62,297 nt of DNA, filler included, from 6 parts of 6 records of this genome joined end to end with filler, not necessarily neighbours in it; one strand, 5' to 3'. Shown: positions 28,979 through 39,213, counted from the whole stretch's first letter. Notes: generated by a model from the sequence alone, not told the origin. Made by a program: numbers and translations.

Positions 28979-29359
28979 AAGCGTCGTTCTCCCATGGAAT
29001 GGATCGAGGGCCCGGAAAGCCATCTTAATCCTGCATTTCAGTTCCTTTAAGCTTGAACCTTTAACCACATGGAAATCGGCAGCCATGGATCTCGGATCGT
29101 ATTTGAAAGCAGCGTAGGTTGTGCACAAAATGACCGGCAGTTCGTGGTGTTCCTTCCGGATGTCCTGAAGGAGATCGAGACTGTTGTATTTGCCCGATAT
29201 CATTTCCATAACGATGAGATCGGGCCGTTTTTCCCGGATGGCCGCCATAACCTGGGTGCAATCACCCACGGAGAAAACATCGTATCCTTCTTCCTCCAGC
29301 TCTCCGGCATACAGCATCCGGATGGTTTCGTCATTGTCCACGATAAGGATTTTATTCAT
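28979..29359 (-). CDS. Receiver-domain protein with atypical active site (3' end at contig edge)
   Basis: MNKILIVDND...PDLIVMEM...PVILCT...VVKG; Glu at the phosphoacceptor position. Confidence 0.8.
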
Positions 29360-29463
29360 CTTGATCTCCGCCCACAAAAAGAGATGGCTTTTTGCATATC
29401 AACCCTACCCCTCAAGGATAGAAGCCATCATTTGGATGAAAAGTTCCTCCGACTTACGGAAGA

Positions 29464-29676
29464 CTACCTTGGACTGGATTTCGAACTATTGTTTGCGGAA
29501 AGACAGTCGCCTCTCCATGAGCATTGATCTTCGTTGCAGTAGGTCACCCTTTCCGTGGCGAAGCACACAATATTATTCTCTCTGTGTTGAACAGCGCGGA
29601 TAATGTCTTTCTTTTTCATGGCATAAGTGTTGATATCCTTTTTTTTGGCGATTTTTCTTACGTCGTTTATTCTCAT
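29464..29676 (-). CDS. Small Rho-N/SAP-like protein with 4-Cys C-terminal motif
   Basis: RBS aaggag; MRINDVRKIAKKKDI...KKDIIRAVQ..E.N..CF; Cx8Cx4Cx5C. Confidence 0.75.
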   Translation of the reverse strand: MRINDVRKIAKKKDINTYAMKKKDIIRAVQHRENNIVCFATERVTYCNEDQCSWRGDCLSANNSSKSSPR

Positions 29677-29728
29677 AACATGTCTCCTTAAACGCAAGTT
29701 GACGCTTTTCCAGATACCCCCTCGGGGA

Positions 29729-29944
29729 TCATCCGCGTTTCCGTGACAGCCCGTGAGCATGTTCGGCATATTTCTCCCCTGCCTTATGCACAGCGGCAAC
29801 TTCTTGAATTTGCGAAGTACTGCCGGAATTCTCCGGTTGTTTTAAATGGATCTGGATGTCGCATTCGGGAAACAGGGCGTGAAGCCTGTGGATGAGCTTA
29901 TCATTGTTTCCGGAGGAATCGGTTAGGATCACGATTTTTTTCAT
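29729..29944 (-). CDS. Small hypothetical protein
   Basis: Start overlaps the stop of the upstream gene (ATGA); MKKIVILTD...LFPECDI. Confidence 0.55.
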   Translation of the reverse strand: MKKIVILTDSSGNNDKLIHRLHALFPECDIQIHLKQPENSGSTSQIQEVAAVHKAGEKYAEHAHGLSRKRG

Positions 29945-30240
29945 GGCAACTTTCCGTTTCCAAAATGGGCCTTATGGGTTTCCAAACAGTACTTGTGCCA
30001 GCCGCAAGCTGTTTGCTCGCAGTGGCCCTCAGCCCTTCGGAAACAATCGGGGTTTCCTTCGGCAAGCTGAATACTCCTGATCAGGGCGGTGATATCCAAA
30101 AAATTCCCGGTTGCTCCCGGTTCCACGGGAATATTTTCTCCTTCGAGCATCCTTTCGGCGCGGGCCTTTTCTTCTAAGGCCTTGGAGATGTCTTGATCTA
30201 ACATGATCGGCATCCTCGCTGATTCCGGTCCCATGGCCAA
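29941..30240 (-). CDS. Small protein with paralogous 4-Cys motif
   Basis: LIRSIQLAEGNPDCFRRAEGHCEQTACGWHKYCL (Cx7Cx4Cx5C); start uncertain. Confidence 0.7.
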   Translation of the reverse strand: MAMGPESARMPIMLDQDISKALEEKARAERMLEGENIPVEPGATGNFLDITALIRSIQLAEGNPDCFRRAEGHCEQTACGWHKYCLETHKAHFGNGKLP

Positions 30241-30403
30241 TTAGGTTCCGTTTTGCGGTTCCGGATCCTATTCTTGTCACGCTCCATCCTTTTTGTCCAT
30301 AGAGGGGCGGCCTCATTTCTTCGGGGAAATCTCCCGGACAATAGGGATTTCTCCCATGTACGGCGGTTTGAAAATGTGGCGGGGAGGGTTCTTTGTGAAA
30401 GGA

Positions 30404-31096
30404 TTATTCTTTCCAGAGGTCCACGTCGATCACACCGAGCTTTGCGGCATATCGGATCAATTCAATGGTATTGTGAAGGCCAAGCTTGTGCATAATGTTA
30501 TTGCGGTGGTTCTCTATGGTTTTGGGACTGATAAAAAGCTTTTTCGCCACCTCTTTGGTGGAAAAGCCTTCCGCCAGATGACGCATGACCTCCTGCTCCC
30601 GGGGGGTAAGGGTCCCATAGGCCCTATCCGTGATTACCGCCTCTTTTTCGGGAGATTCCATCAATTTTTTAACCACTTCGGTGGAGACGGAACTGTCTAG
30701 GAAATATTGGCCTTTTGACACATACTCAAGTCCGTTCATAAGCCTTTCAGAGGCGGATTCCTTGACCACATATCCCGTGGCCCCGGCTTGAAACGCTTCG
30801 GCGATATAGTCGATTTTGGAATGCATGCTGACAATCATAACCCGTGTATTGGATAGAAGACTTCGTATTTCGCGGGTCAATTGGATGCCGCTTTGATCCG
30901 GCAGGGATATGTCCGCCAACACCAGATCCGGTTTGAGCGCTCTGGCCATGCGGAGTCCTTCACGGCCGCTTCCCGCTTCCCCAACCACCTCGAACTTGCT
31001 GTTCCGCGCGATAATGGCCTTGAGACCCTCCCTGAAAAGCGGGTGATCATCAATGATCAATATTCTTTGCCTGTGATTCACTCTTTTTCTCCCCAT
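30404..31096 (-). CDS. NarL/FixJ family response regulator
   Basis: IDDHPLFREG, DISLP, LTPREQEV and LuxR-type HTH. Confidence 0.95.
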   Translation of the reverse strand: MGRKRVNHRQRILIIDDHPLFREGLKAIIARNSKFEVVGEAGSGREGLRMARALKPDLVLADISLPDQSGIQLTREIRSLLSNTRVMIVSMHSKIDYIAEAFQAGATGYVVKESASERLMNGLEYVSKGQYFLDSSVSTEVVKKLMESPEKEAVITDRAYGTLTPREQEVMRHLAEGFSTKEVAKKLFISPKTIENHRNNIMHKLGLHNTIELIRYAAKLGVIDVDLWKE

Positions 31097-32594
31097 AAGG
31101 GACCTCTATCAGGATTTTTGTGCCTTTTCCCGGGCTTGATTGAATATCCATTTTACCCTTAAGCAGGCTCACCCTTTCCTCCATGCTCCGAAGCCCCATC
31201 CGCTTTTCCGCCAGTGCCGTGACAAACCGTTCCCTCACATCAAATCCTTTCCCATCATCTTCCATGCGAAGGATGATGTTGGGATGAGATGCCACCAACC
31301 GGATGTTGACGTGACCGGCCTCGGCATGTTTCAGAATGTTCATGAGGCCTTCTTGAACCAGGCGGTACAGGTTGATATCCGTATCAAAGCCGGGTCTTAA
31401 TCGATCCATGCCGGCAGAGGTGAAATCTATGTTCAGCACGGTTTTTTTTGAAAAATCTTCGCAATACTGAAAAATGGCCTGGACTATGCCGGCTTGATCC
31501 AGGCCCGGAGGACGTAAATCATATGCCAGATCGCGCACGGTTGCGATAATTTCCTGAAGTGTTTCGGACAATTTGGAAATCTGATGCTTTGTCTCCCGGG
31601 GGACTTTGGGCTGATTATCCAGGAGGGTATCCCAGCTGATTTTTAAAGTGGAAAGATCCTGTCCGATGCGGTCGTGCAGTTCACGGGAAATCTTCTGACG
31701 CTCATTTTCCTGGGCCTTCAGCAGTTGTTGGGTGAGGATATGAACGTGTTTTTCAGCCCATTTCTGATCCGTGATATCTCTGGCGATCTGGATAAAGCTG
31801 TCCCCATCTCTGTTTTTGAGGGGGACGGTGTAATTGTCCCAATAACTTTCCCCTTCTATCCCCCTGATCCTGGGATGATACATGACGGCCCGTTCAGGCC
31901 GGCCCGTTTCCCGGGCTTTGACGGTGGGGCATCCTTCACAGGGTGTATCCCGGCCAAAGAGAAGCTTATGGCAGACCCGGCCCACCAAGTCTTCCTGGGG
32001 CATCCCCAGCTTCTTGGCCATTGTTTTATTGGCCCAGATGATTTCCATGTCCTTGTCAACATATCGAATATTATCAATTGAGGCGTCAAGAATCGCCTTT
32101 TTCTGGGCCTCACTATCCCGGAGCGCTTTCTCCGCCCTGTGGCGTTCGGTCATATCCCTGATGATGGCAACATAGCCGATTGTAGACCCGTCAGACGAGT
32201 TTAAGGCCGACGTTACCGTCTCCACCGGGAAAGTGCTCCCGTCTTTGCGCATCAATTCCCACTCTGTCCTGCCGGTGCCGGTCTTTTCAATGATGGGGTA
32301 GAGACGCTCTCCCAGAGCATGGAAACTTTCGTCTGATTGATGAATGATTCTTATGGATTCTCCCGCCACCTCCGCTCCGCCATAACCGAATAGATGGCGG
32401 AAAGATCGGTTGCATGATACAATTCTCCTTTCCACGTCCAGCATCAGGACGGCATCGGAAGTGCTTCTCAGCAGGGTCCTGTATCTTTTCACGGACTCCC
32501 TGACCGTCTCCTCCGCCTTCATGCGCTCAAAGACTTCATTTTCCAGTTCCTTAACCCTTCGTTCCAATTCTTCGTAGGTGGGCTTTTTCGCCAT
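31050..32594 (-). CDS. Cytoplasmic PAS-PAS sensor kinase (HisKA_3)
   Basis: MAKKPTYEELE coiled coil, two PAS domains, ERQKISRELHD, DDGKGF and MGLRSMEER. Confidence 0.92.
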   Translation of the reverse strand: MAKKPTYEELERRVKELENEVFERMKAEETVRESVKRYRTLLRSTSDAVLMLDVERRIVSCNRSFRHLFGYGGAEVAGESIRIIHQSDESFHALGERLYPIIEKTGTGRTEWELMRKDGSTFPVETVTSALNSSDGSTIGYVAIIRDMTERHRAEKALRDSEAQKKAILDASIDNIRYVDKDMEIIWANKTMAKKLGMPQEDLVGRVCHKLLFGRDTPCEGCPTVKARETGRPERAVMYHPRIRGIEGESYWDNYTVPLKNRDGDSFIQIARDITDQKWAEKHVHILTQQLLKAQENERQKISRELHDRIGQDLSTLKISWDTLLDNQPKVPRETKHQISKLSETLQEIIATVRDLAYDLRPPGLDQAGIVQAIFQYCEDFSKKTVLNIDFTSAGMDRLRPGFDTDINLYRLVQEGLMNILKHAEAGHVNIRLVASHPNIILRMEDDGKGFDVRERFVTALAEKRMGLRSMEERVSLLKGKMDIQSSPGKGTKILIEVPYGEKKSESQAKNIDH

Positions 32595-32770
32595 CAGAAA
32601 ATCTCCGGTTGCCTGATGCATTAGGTTCTGTGAGAAGCCAATCCGAGAACGGTGATCGATTTTTTTTTGCCTTTGTGCAAAAAAAGTATAAAATATTTTT
32701 GACTGATAGTAAATTTATTGTGTCCATGGAAGAAAATCATTGGCGCCGTGAACCCATAGAGGAGGAGCCT

Positions 32771-35209
32771 ATGACAAAAAATCTGATCCGGGATTCCCTG
32801 GAAGCCTCCTGTCTTGCAGCCATGCGCTTTGCACTGGGCAGGGAAGTGGAAGAGGCCACATCCTACGAAAAATACCAGAGCCTGGCCATCGCCATTCGAA
32901 CCCGTCTCATGGACCGCTGGCTGGAAACCAAGAAACGATACGGGGCGGTGGATGCAAAACGGGTATACTACCTTTCCCTGGAATTCCTCATGGGCAGGAC
33001 CCTTCAAAACGCCGTTCTGAATCTGGACATGGAAGCGGATGCGCGGGAAGCCATTCACGGGCTGGGAATGGTGCTTGAAGATGTATATGAACAGGAGTTC
33101 GACCCAGGGCTGGGCAATGGGGGCCTTGGCCGTCTGGCAGCCTGTTTCCTGGATTCCCTGGCCACCATGGCCATGCCGGCCAGGGGATACGGCATCCGCT
33201 ATGAATACGGTATTTTCAACCAGGAGATTGAAAAGGGGCAACAGGTGGAAAAACCGGATCACTGGTTGTTTCGGGGGAATCCCTGGGAAACCGTGCGGCT
33301 GGGGGCCATGCAGACCGTCCGCTTCTATGGCCGCACCGTATGCCGCACCGACGAACATGGAGATTACCGGGTGGATTGGGTGGATACGGAAGACGTGCTG
33401 GCCGTACCCTACGAGACGCCGGTCCCCGGATATCACAACAGAACCGTCAATCTGTTGACCCTGTGGGCCGTTAAGGCCGGTGACCGGTTCAACCTGGATT
33501 ATTTCAACGATGGCGACTATCTGAAGGCGGTGGAACGGCAGGAAGCCGATGAAACCATCAGCAAGGTGCTCTACCCCAAGGATGATACGGCGGTGGGCAA
33601 GGAGCTGCGTTTGAAACAGCAGTATTTCTTTGCATCCGCATCCCTGCAGGAAATTCTTCAGGAATTCATGGAGGATCACCATGACTTTTCCATGTTCCCG
33701 GACAGAGTGGCCATTCAGCTGAACGATACCCACCCGGCCATCGCCATTCCGGAACTCATGCGCCTCCTGGTGGACATCCATGATCTCACATGGAATAAAG
33801 CCTGGGACATCACCACAAAGACATTTGCCTATACCAACCATACCCTGTTGCCCGAGGCCCTGGAAGTTTGGGATGTGGGTCTTCTGGGGCACCTGTTGCC
33901 CCGGCACCTTGAACTTCTCTATGAAATCAATCGCCGTTTTCTGGAGATGGTTTCAAAAACCGTTCCCGAAGACATGGATCTTTTGAGACGTCTTTCCATT
34001 TTTGAGGAGGGTGGCGGGAAGAGGGTTCGCATGGCGCACCTGGCCGTGGTGGGGAGTCACTCGGTAAACGGTGTTGCGGCATTGCATACCCGGTTGCTGA
34101 AAGAATCTTTAATGTCCGATTTCAATGGCTTGTGGCCTGAAAAATTCAACAACAAAACCAACGGTATTACCCAGCGGCGATGGCTGAAACAGGCGAATCC
34201 GGCGCTGAACCGGTTGATTACGGAAACCATCGGAGACGCATGGGTTACCGATCTGGAAGCCATGGGGGAACTGGTTCCATATGCCGAGGATGAATCTTTC
34301 CGGGAGGCCTGGCAGTCTGCCAAGGACGTGAACAAACTGGTGCTGGCGGATTATATCCGCCGGGAACTGGGGATTCAGGTGGATCCTGCCGCCATGTTTG
34401 ATGTGCAGGTCAAACGGATTCATGAATACAAGCGGCAGCTGTTGAATATCCTGGGGGTGGTGGCCCGGTACCTTCGAATCAAGGATCACCCCCACAAGGA
34501 CTTTGTTCCCAGGGCGGTGCTCCTGGGGGGCAAGGCGGCGCCGGGGTATTTCATGGCCAAGCGGATCATTCACCTGGCCAATGATGTGGCCCGGGTGGTC
34601 AATGACGACCCGCGGGTGGGAGACCGCCTGAAACTGGTGTTTTTGCCCAATTACCGTGTTTCCCTGGCGGAAAGGATTTTTCCGGCAAGCGATCTGTCGG
34701 AGCAGATTTCAACGGCGGGAAAAGAGGCGTCCGGAACGGGAAACATGAAATTTGCCTTGAACGGCGCACTGACCATCGGGACCCTGGACGGTGCCAATAT
34801 GGAAATCAGAGACGCCGTGGGGGACGACAATATTTTTATTTTCGGGTTGAATGCCCGGGAGGTGGCGGAAAGAAAGGCGGCCGGCTACAACCCCTGGGAA
34901 CCGTATGGGGAAAGTTATGAAATACGGCGGGTGCTCGATCGCATCGGAAGCGGATTTTTCTCTCCCGGAGATCGGAACCGGTACCGTCCCATTGTTGACG
35001 CACTTCTCAATGAAGGCGATGATTATCTGGTTCTGGCGGATTTTGAATCGTACATGGCCTGCCAGGAAAAGGTGGATGAATGCTATGGCAAGCCGTCCCA
35101 TTGGGCCGGAAAATCGATTCTGAACGTGGCCCATATGGGTTATTTTTCCAGCGATCGAACCGTCAAGGAGTATGCGCGGGATATCTGGCATGTGAGCCCC
35201 GTCCCATGA
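32771..35209 (+). CDS. glgP: Glycogen/maltodextrin phosphorylase
   Basis: RBS ggagga; LGNGGLGRLAACF, QLNDTHP, KRIHEYKRQ and EASGTGNMKF. Confidence 0.97.
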   Translation: MTKNLIRDSLEASCLAAMRFALGREVEEATSYEKYQSLAIAIRTRLMDRWLETKKRYGAVDAKRVYYLSLEFLMGRTLQNAVLNLDMEADAREAIHGLGMVLEDVYEQEFDPGLGNGGLGRLAACFLDSLATMAMPARGYGIRYEYGIFNQEIEKGQQVEKPDHWLFRGNPWETVRLGAMQTVRFYGRTVCRTDEHGDYRVDWVDTEDVLAVPYETPVPGYHNRTVNLLTLWAVKAGDRFNLDYFNDGDYLKAVERQEADETISKVLYPKDDTAVGKELRLKQQYFFASASLQEILQEFMEDHHDFSMFPDRVAIQLNDTHPAIAIPELMRLLVDIHDLTWNKAWDITTKTFAYTNHTLLPEALEVWDVGLLGHLLPRHLELLYEINRRFLEMVSKTVPEDMDLLRRLSIFEEGGGKRVRMAHLAVVGSHSVNGVAALHTRLLKESLMSDFNGLWPEKFNNKTNGITQRRWLKQANPALNRLITETIGDAWVTDLEAMGELVPYAEDESFREAWQSAKDVNKLVLADYIRRELGIQVDPAAMFDVQVKRIHEYKRQLLNILGVVARYLRIKDHPHKDFVPRAVLLGGKAAPGYFMAKRIIHLANDVARVVNDDPRVGDRLKLVFLPNYRVSLAERIFPASDLSEQISTAGKEASGTGNMKFALNGALTIGTLDGANMEIRDAVGDDNIFIFGLNAREVAERKAAGYNPWEPYGESYEIRRVLDRIGSGFFSPGDRNRYRPIVDALLNEGDDYLVLADFESYMACQEKVDECYGKPSHWAGKSILNVAHMGYFSSDRTVKEYARDIWHVSPVP

Positions 35210-35270
35210 AACATGGGCGATTCCCATGGAAATGCCATGAACAGGGTCGGAGGGTATTATTTCGCTGCGT

Positions 35271-35753
35271 TCATATGGCCACATTTACCGGGATCGGTTT
35301 GGTAAGGTTGATGAGGTCCCCGGAAGACATTTCCGCCAGCAGCCCTCGCTTTCCCGCATTGATGAAAATCCGCGGTAGATCCCAGATGGACTTCTCCATA
35401 TAGATGCTGAGCGGTTTTTTCAGCCCCAGGGGGGAAGTCCCTCCCACAAGATATCCCGTATGCCCATGGGCTGATTTCGGCTCACAAGGTTTGACCGCCT
35501 TGACCTTGAGGAATCTGGCGAAACCCTTTGTGGAAACCTGTTTATCCCCATGCATAATGACCACCATGGGTTTTGCGGTATTGTCCTCCATGATTAATGT
35601 CTTTAAGACGGTGTGCTCGTCAACGGCAAGCTCGCGGGCGGCACGCCCTGTTCCCCCGTTCTCCTGATATTTGTATGGACGCAGGGTATAATGGATTCCG
35701 CTTTTTTTCAAAATACGGATAGCCTGGGTCATGGGGAATTTGTTCTTTGCCAT
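35271..35753 (-). CDS. ybaK: Cys-tRNA(Pro) deacylase
   Basis: MTQAIR, KTLI, TGYLVGGTSPLG and NAGKRG. Confidence 0.9.
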   Translation of the reverse strand: MAKNKFPMTQAIRILKKSGIHYTLRPYKYQENGGTGRAARELAVDEHTVLKTLIMEDNTAKPMVVIMHGDKQVSTKGFARFLKVKAVKPCEPKSAHGHTGYLVGGTSPLGLKKPLSIYMEKSIWDLPRIFINAGKRGLLAEMSSGDLINLTKPIPVNVAI

Positions 35754-35784
35754 TCTTATGATCCCCTTCTTCTTAAAAAAAACA

Positions 35785-37149
35785 TCAGGCAAAAACGGCT
35801 GCCATGCATTCCACGGCCCGGGACAGCTCTCGAAAAATCGGGACTTTGAGATCGCGGGCCTCTTCCTGGACCTGTTGTGCATCCTTTTCATTGCCGATCA
35901 TCCAGAAAAATATGGGTTTCCCCGCTTTTTGGGCCGTTTCAACGATGGACTTAAGATTCAATCGCCAGATGGGGCCGCCCACAAAGGCGTGCACGAAAAC
36001 GGCATCCACCCCCGGATCGGCGCACACTGCATCCACGGTTTGCCCGTAAGCCTTATCAACGCCATTACGTTCAATGGTCGGCCAGAGATCAATGGGGTTG
36101 GATGGGGGCATCCATTGGGGGAAGACCTCTTTCAGCGATTTATGGGTATCCGCTGAAAGCTCCGCCAATGCGAGGCCATGGCGATCCAGGAAATCGCTGG
36201 AAACAATGCCGGCGCCGCCGCTGAAGGTGGCAATGGCAATCCGCCCGGGTCGGCGCACGGGTCCCTTGGGGAAGAGGCTCAGGGTGTGGGAAAAATCCAT
36301 CATCTGTTTAAAATCATCGGCTTGAACCACGCCCGCCTGGGTCATGGCACCTTTGATGATGGCGCTGTTTCCGGCCATACTGGCCGTATGGCTCATGGCG
36401 GCGCGGGCACCGTTTTTGCTTTTTCCGCCCTGAAGGAGCACGATGGGTTTTCCCGCATTCCTGCAGGTTTCAAAAAAGCGTCGTCCATGGCCCATGGATT
36501 CCAGATAAAGACCGATAACGGCCGTGTCCGGATCCTCCAGAAGGTATTGGAGGACATCACATTCATTGACATCCAACTTGTTTCCGATGGAGCAGACCTT
36601 GCTTACCCCGAGTTTGTCGCGGGTCATGGTGTCCATGAGAAATCCCGCCGAGAGCATTCCGCTTTGCACAATCAGAGAAATGCCTCCGGGGAGAAGCCCT
36701 GCATCCCAGATTCCCGGTGAAACAAAAGAGAAAACCCTTTTATGGACCGCGTCCACCAGTCCCATGCAGTTGGGTCCCCAGATGCGGATGCCGGTTCGGC
36801 GTGATATCTCGGCCAGTTGATGTTGCAGTTCCTTCCCTTTCTCGCCGGTTTCGGCAAAGCCCGCGCTCTGGATGATGACGCCCGGTATCCCCCGGTCCGC
36901 ACATGCCTGAACCACCTCGGGCGCCGCGGGGGCCGGCACAAAAATGATGGCCATGTCCAATGGATCCGGCACCCGGGTAATGTCGGGGTAGCAGGGAAGG
37001 CCGTTGATTTCCGTATATCGGGGGTTTACAGGGTATATGTTTCCGGAAAAACCGGTCATGAGGTTTTTTAATATGAAATATCCGCCTTTTTTCTCATTGG
37101 CGGTTGCACCCAACAGGGCGATGCCTCCCGGGTTAAAGAAAAAATCCAT
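35785..37149 (-). CDS. ADP-forming acyl-CoA synthetase alpha-subunit-like (CoA-binding) protein
   Basis: YPVNP, SAGFAE, GPNCMG, SHTAS and NPIDL; RBS ggagg before MDFFFNP. Confidence 0.88.
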   Translation of the reverse strand: MDFFFNPGGIALLGATANEKKGGYFILKNLMTGFSGNIYPVNPRYTEINGLPCYPDITRVPDPLDMAIIFVPAPAAPEVVQACADRGIPGVIIQSAGFAETGEKGKELQHQLAEISRRTGIRIWGPNCMGLVDAVHKRVFSFVSPGIWDAGLLPGGISLIVQSGMLSAGFLMDTMTRDKLGVSKVCSIGNKLDVNECDVLQYLLEDPDTAVIGLYLESMGHGRRFFETCRNAGKPIVLLQGGKSKNGARAAMSHTASMAGNSAIIKGAMTQAGVVQADDFKQMMDFSHTLSLFPKGPVRRPGRIAIATFSGGAGIVSSDFLDRHGLALAELSADTHKSLKEVFPQWMPPSNPIDLWPTIERNGVDKAYGQTVDAVCADPGVDAVFVHAFVGGPIWRLNLKSIVETAQKAGKPIFFWMIGNEKDAQQVQEEARDLKVPIFRELSRAVECMAAVFA

Positions 37150-37168
37150 TAAACTGATGCCTCCACTC

Positions 37169-38944
37169 TTATTTGGGTTTGATACAACAGAAAGACCACC
37201 GGTTCCCGATGCCCCCCAACATGGAAACCCATCCGGTGAAGCGGTCATGGCGCGCTCCTTCGGCCACTTTCGGACTGTAAAGGGGAATCCAGGGTACATC
37301 ATCCATGATGATATTCTGCATCTGCCAGATGAGTTGCCGTCTTTTGTCCACATCCAGGGCATCGGCACCGGCGTCGGCAATTTCATCGAAGCGGGGGTTG
37401 TTGTAACCGCTGGTATTCCAGCCGCCCGGTTTATTGTTTCTGGAAATAAAGAAATTGCGCAAATAGTCCGGGTCCAGGGAAAGATTTCCATAACCCAGCA
37501 CAACACAATCAAAATCGTGTTGCCCCTTGACTTTTTTAAGGAGATACCCCAGGGAAAGGCTCTTGGCAACAACCGGGATCCCCAACATTTCGAGCCATTG
37601 TTGAACCATGTTCCCCGCCATGGCCCGTTTGGGGTCATACTCCGCGGGAGGGGTCAGGATGGTGAGGGACGCCATGGGGGTTCCGTCCGGATATCGGATC
37701 CCCCGGCCCTTCACCACTTTCCCTTCGCGGCTGACGGGCGGCAGTTCCCAGGTGTAGCCCGATTCACGCAACAGCTTGCAGGCTTTTCGGATCCGTTGTT
37801 CCCGGGTTAATCCCTGCCCGTATTTCGGGACGCTGGGATCATACCAGAAGGTATTGCCCGATGGAATGATGGAGTCTGCCAAAACAGCGTAACCCTGTAC
37901 GATCCGCCTTATGATAAACGGTTTGTCCACGGATAAAGCGATGGCTTTTCGAAAATAGAGATCATTGAACGGCTTTTTCCTGACGTTAAACCCCATATAG
38001 TAAAGGGCGCTTTTTGGGTTGGTGAAAACCGTTATGTTTTCATGGGAATCCAGATCATGAATGTAGTTTTCCTGCAAGCCCCACCAGTACATGTCCAGAC
38101 TCCCCGTAAACAGGCCCAGGACGGCGGCATCCGTGTTGTCCATGAACCTGAATCGAATGCCGGTAACATAAGGTCCCAGTTTGAAGCCCGCGATTTCTTT
38201 CCCGGTGCCGAAAAAATACGGATTTTTCTTAACCGACAGGTGCTTTCCCTTTTCCCAGTTGTCAAACACGAACGGGCCGGTGCCGACGGGTTGAACAACG
38301 CTTTCTTTGAGCAACGGGTCAAGGGTCCCTTTTTTGTTTAACGACCGGGTTGTATTTTCGGCACGTTGGCAGATGGGTTCCCACTGTTTCTTTTGTACTA
38401 TGGGCGTGGTGAGGGTCCTGGAGAGAAACAGGGCCTTGGGCGATTTCAGAAAAAAACGGACCGTATGGTTATCCGGGGTCTCGATTTTTTTAATGAACTC
38501 CCAGTTGGATATGAACCGGGGAACCCGGAAGGTTTGAATCACCTGCCCCGTAAAGGCCACATCATGTGAGGTGAATTCCGATCCGTCCGACCATTTTAAA
38601 GGTCTGAGTTTAATGGTATAAGAAAGGGTTTCCGGATCGTAGACGGGGTTCTCGGCGGCGAGCCATGGGATGAGTTTAAGGTTCTTGGGTTCACGAATGT
38701 AAAGGGGCTGAAGCAGTTGATTCAGTACCCGGTTGGACCAGACATCCGTGGCGGCCCAGATATTGAGGGTTTTGGGCTCTTCCGGAAGTCCGATTTTGAT
38801 AATGTTCTCCCCGTGGGCGGCGCTTGGGGAAAATCCCGTGGGAAGCATAAAAAAAACCAACAGAAAAAGACAACGGTTCCATATGTTCAACATGGGGCGT
38901 GATTTCATGGGAAAGATTTTGATCGGTTTCATTGTTTTCTCCAT
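37169..38944 (-). CDS. ABC transporter substrate-binding protein, family 5 (peptide/nickel)
   Basis: KWSDG...DVAFT, PVGTGPF and WNTSGYNNP; start uncertain. Confidence 0.88.
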   Translation of the reverse strand: MEKTMKPIKIFPMKSRPMLNIWNRCLFLLVFFMLPTGFSPSAAHGENIIKIGLPEEPKTLNIWAATDVWSNRVLNQLLQPLYIREPKNLKLIPWLAAENPVYDPETLSYTIKLRPLKWSDGSEFTSHDVAFTGQVIQTFRVPRFISNWEFIKKIETPDNHTVRFFLKSPKALFLSRTLTTPIVQKKQWEPICQRAENTTRSLNKKGTLDPLLKESVVQPVGTGPFVFDNWEKGKHLSVKKNPYFFGTGKEIAGFKLGPYVTGIRFRFMDNTDAAVLGLFTGSLDMYWWGLQENYIHDLDSHENITVFTNPKSALYYMGFNVRKKPFNDLYFRKAIALSVDKPFIIRRIVQGYAVLADSIIPSGNTFWYDPSVPKYGQGLTREQRIRKACKLLRESGYTWELPPVSREGKVVKGRGIRYPDGTPMASLTILTPPAEYDPKRAMAGNMVQQWLEMLGIPVVAKSLSLGYLLKKVKGQHDFDCVVLGYGNLSLDPDYLRNFFISRNNKPGGWNTSGYNNPRFDEIADAGADALDVDKRRQLIWQMQNIIMDDVPWIPLYSPKVAEGARHDRFTGWVSMLGGIGNRWSFCCIKPK

Positions 38945-39110
38945 TGATCGCAGAAGAGGCTTATGGCAATTTATGTATCGAATTTATAAAAATACCCTGT
39001 TTGTTCACATGTTCAAAGAGAATTATCGCTTCCGGACGGGCTTGTCAAGAATTGACGCCATGCCTTCAACGCCCATGATGGTTAATATTCCGGTTTTAAA
39101 GGTTGACTTC

Positions 39111-39142
39111 AAAGGCATACCTTGCCTGGGTATGCCTTTTTT
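39111..39142 (+). terminator. Intrinsic terminator-like hairpin
   Basis: aaaggcatacc-ttgcctg-ggtatgccttt followed by a T-run. Confidence 0.7.
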
Positions 39143-39213
39143 ATTGTGCTCCTTCCACACCCCTGTGATATCCTGCCCTTTGACTTGCCCAAAGAACACG
39201 GAGGCCACTTGGG

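Noticed and set aside
30029-30316. 95-aa basic minus-strand ORF
   Set aside because: Overlaps the 4-Cys gene in another frame and has no motif support.
32621-33907. 428-aa minus-strand ORF
   Set aside because: Antisense shadow of glgP.
35203-35239. Small CATG-based hairpins between glgP and ybaK
   Set aside because: Stems of only 5-6 bp with no U-tract; not distinguishable from chance.
37150-37638. Long N-terminal extension of the acyl-CoA synthetase ORF
   Set aside because: Overlaps the substrate-binding-protein gene in another frame; an RBS and family start are at 37149.
39061-39110. Fluoride or c-di-GMP riboswitch ahead of the orphan terminator
   Set aside because: Conserved aptamer nucleotides could not be matched by eye.
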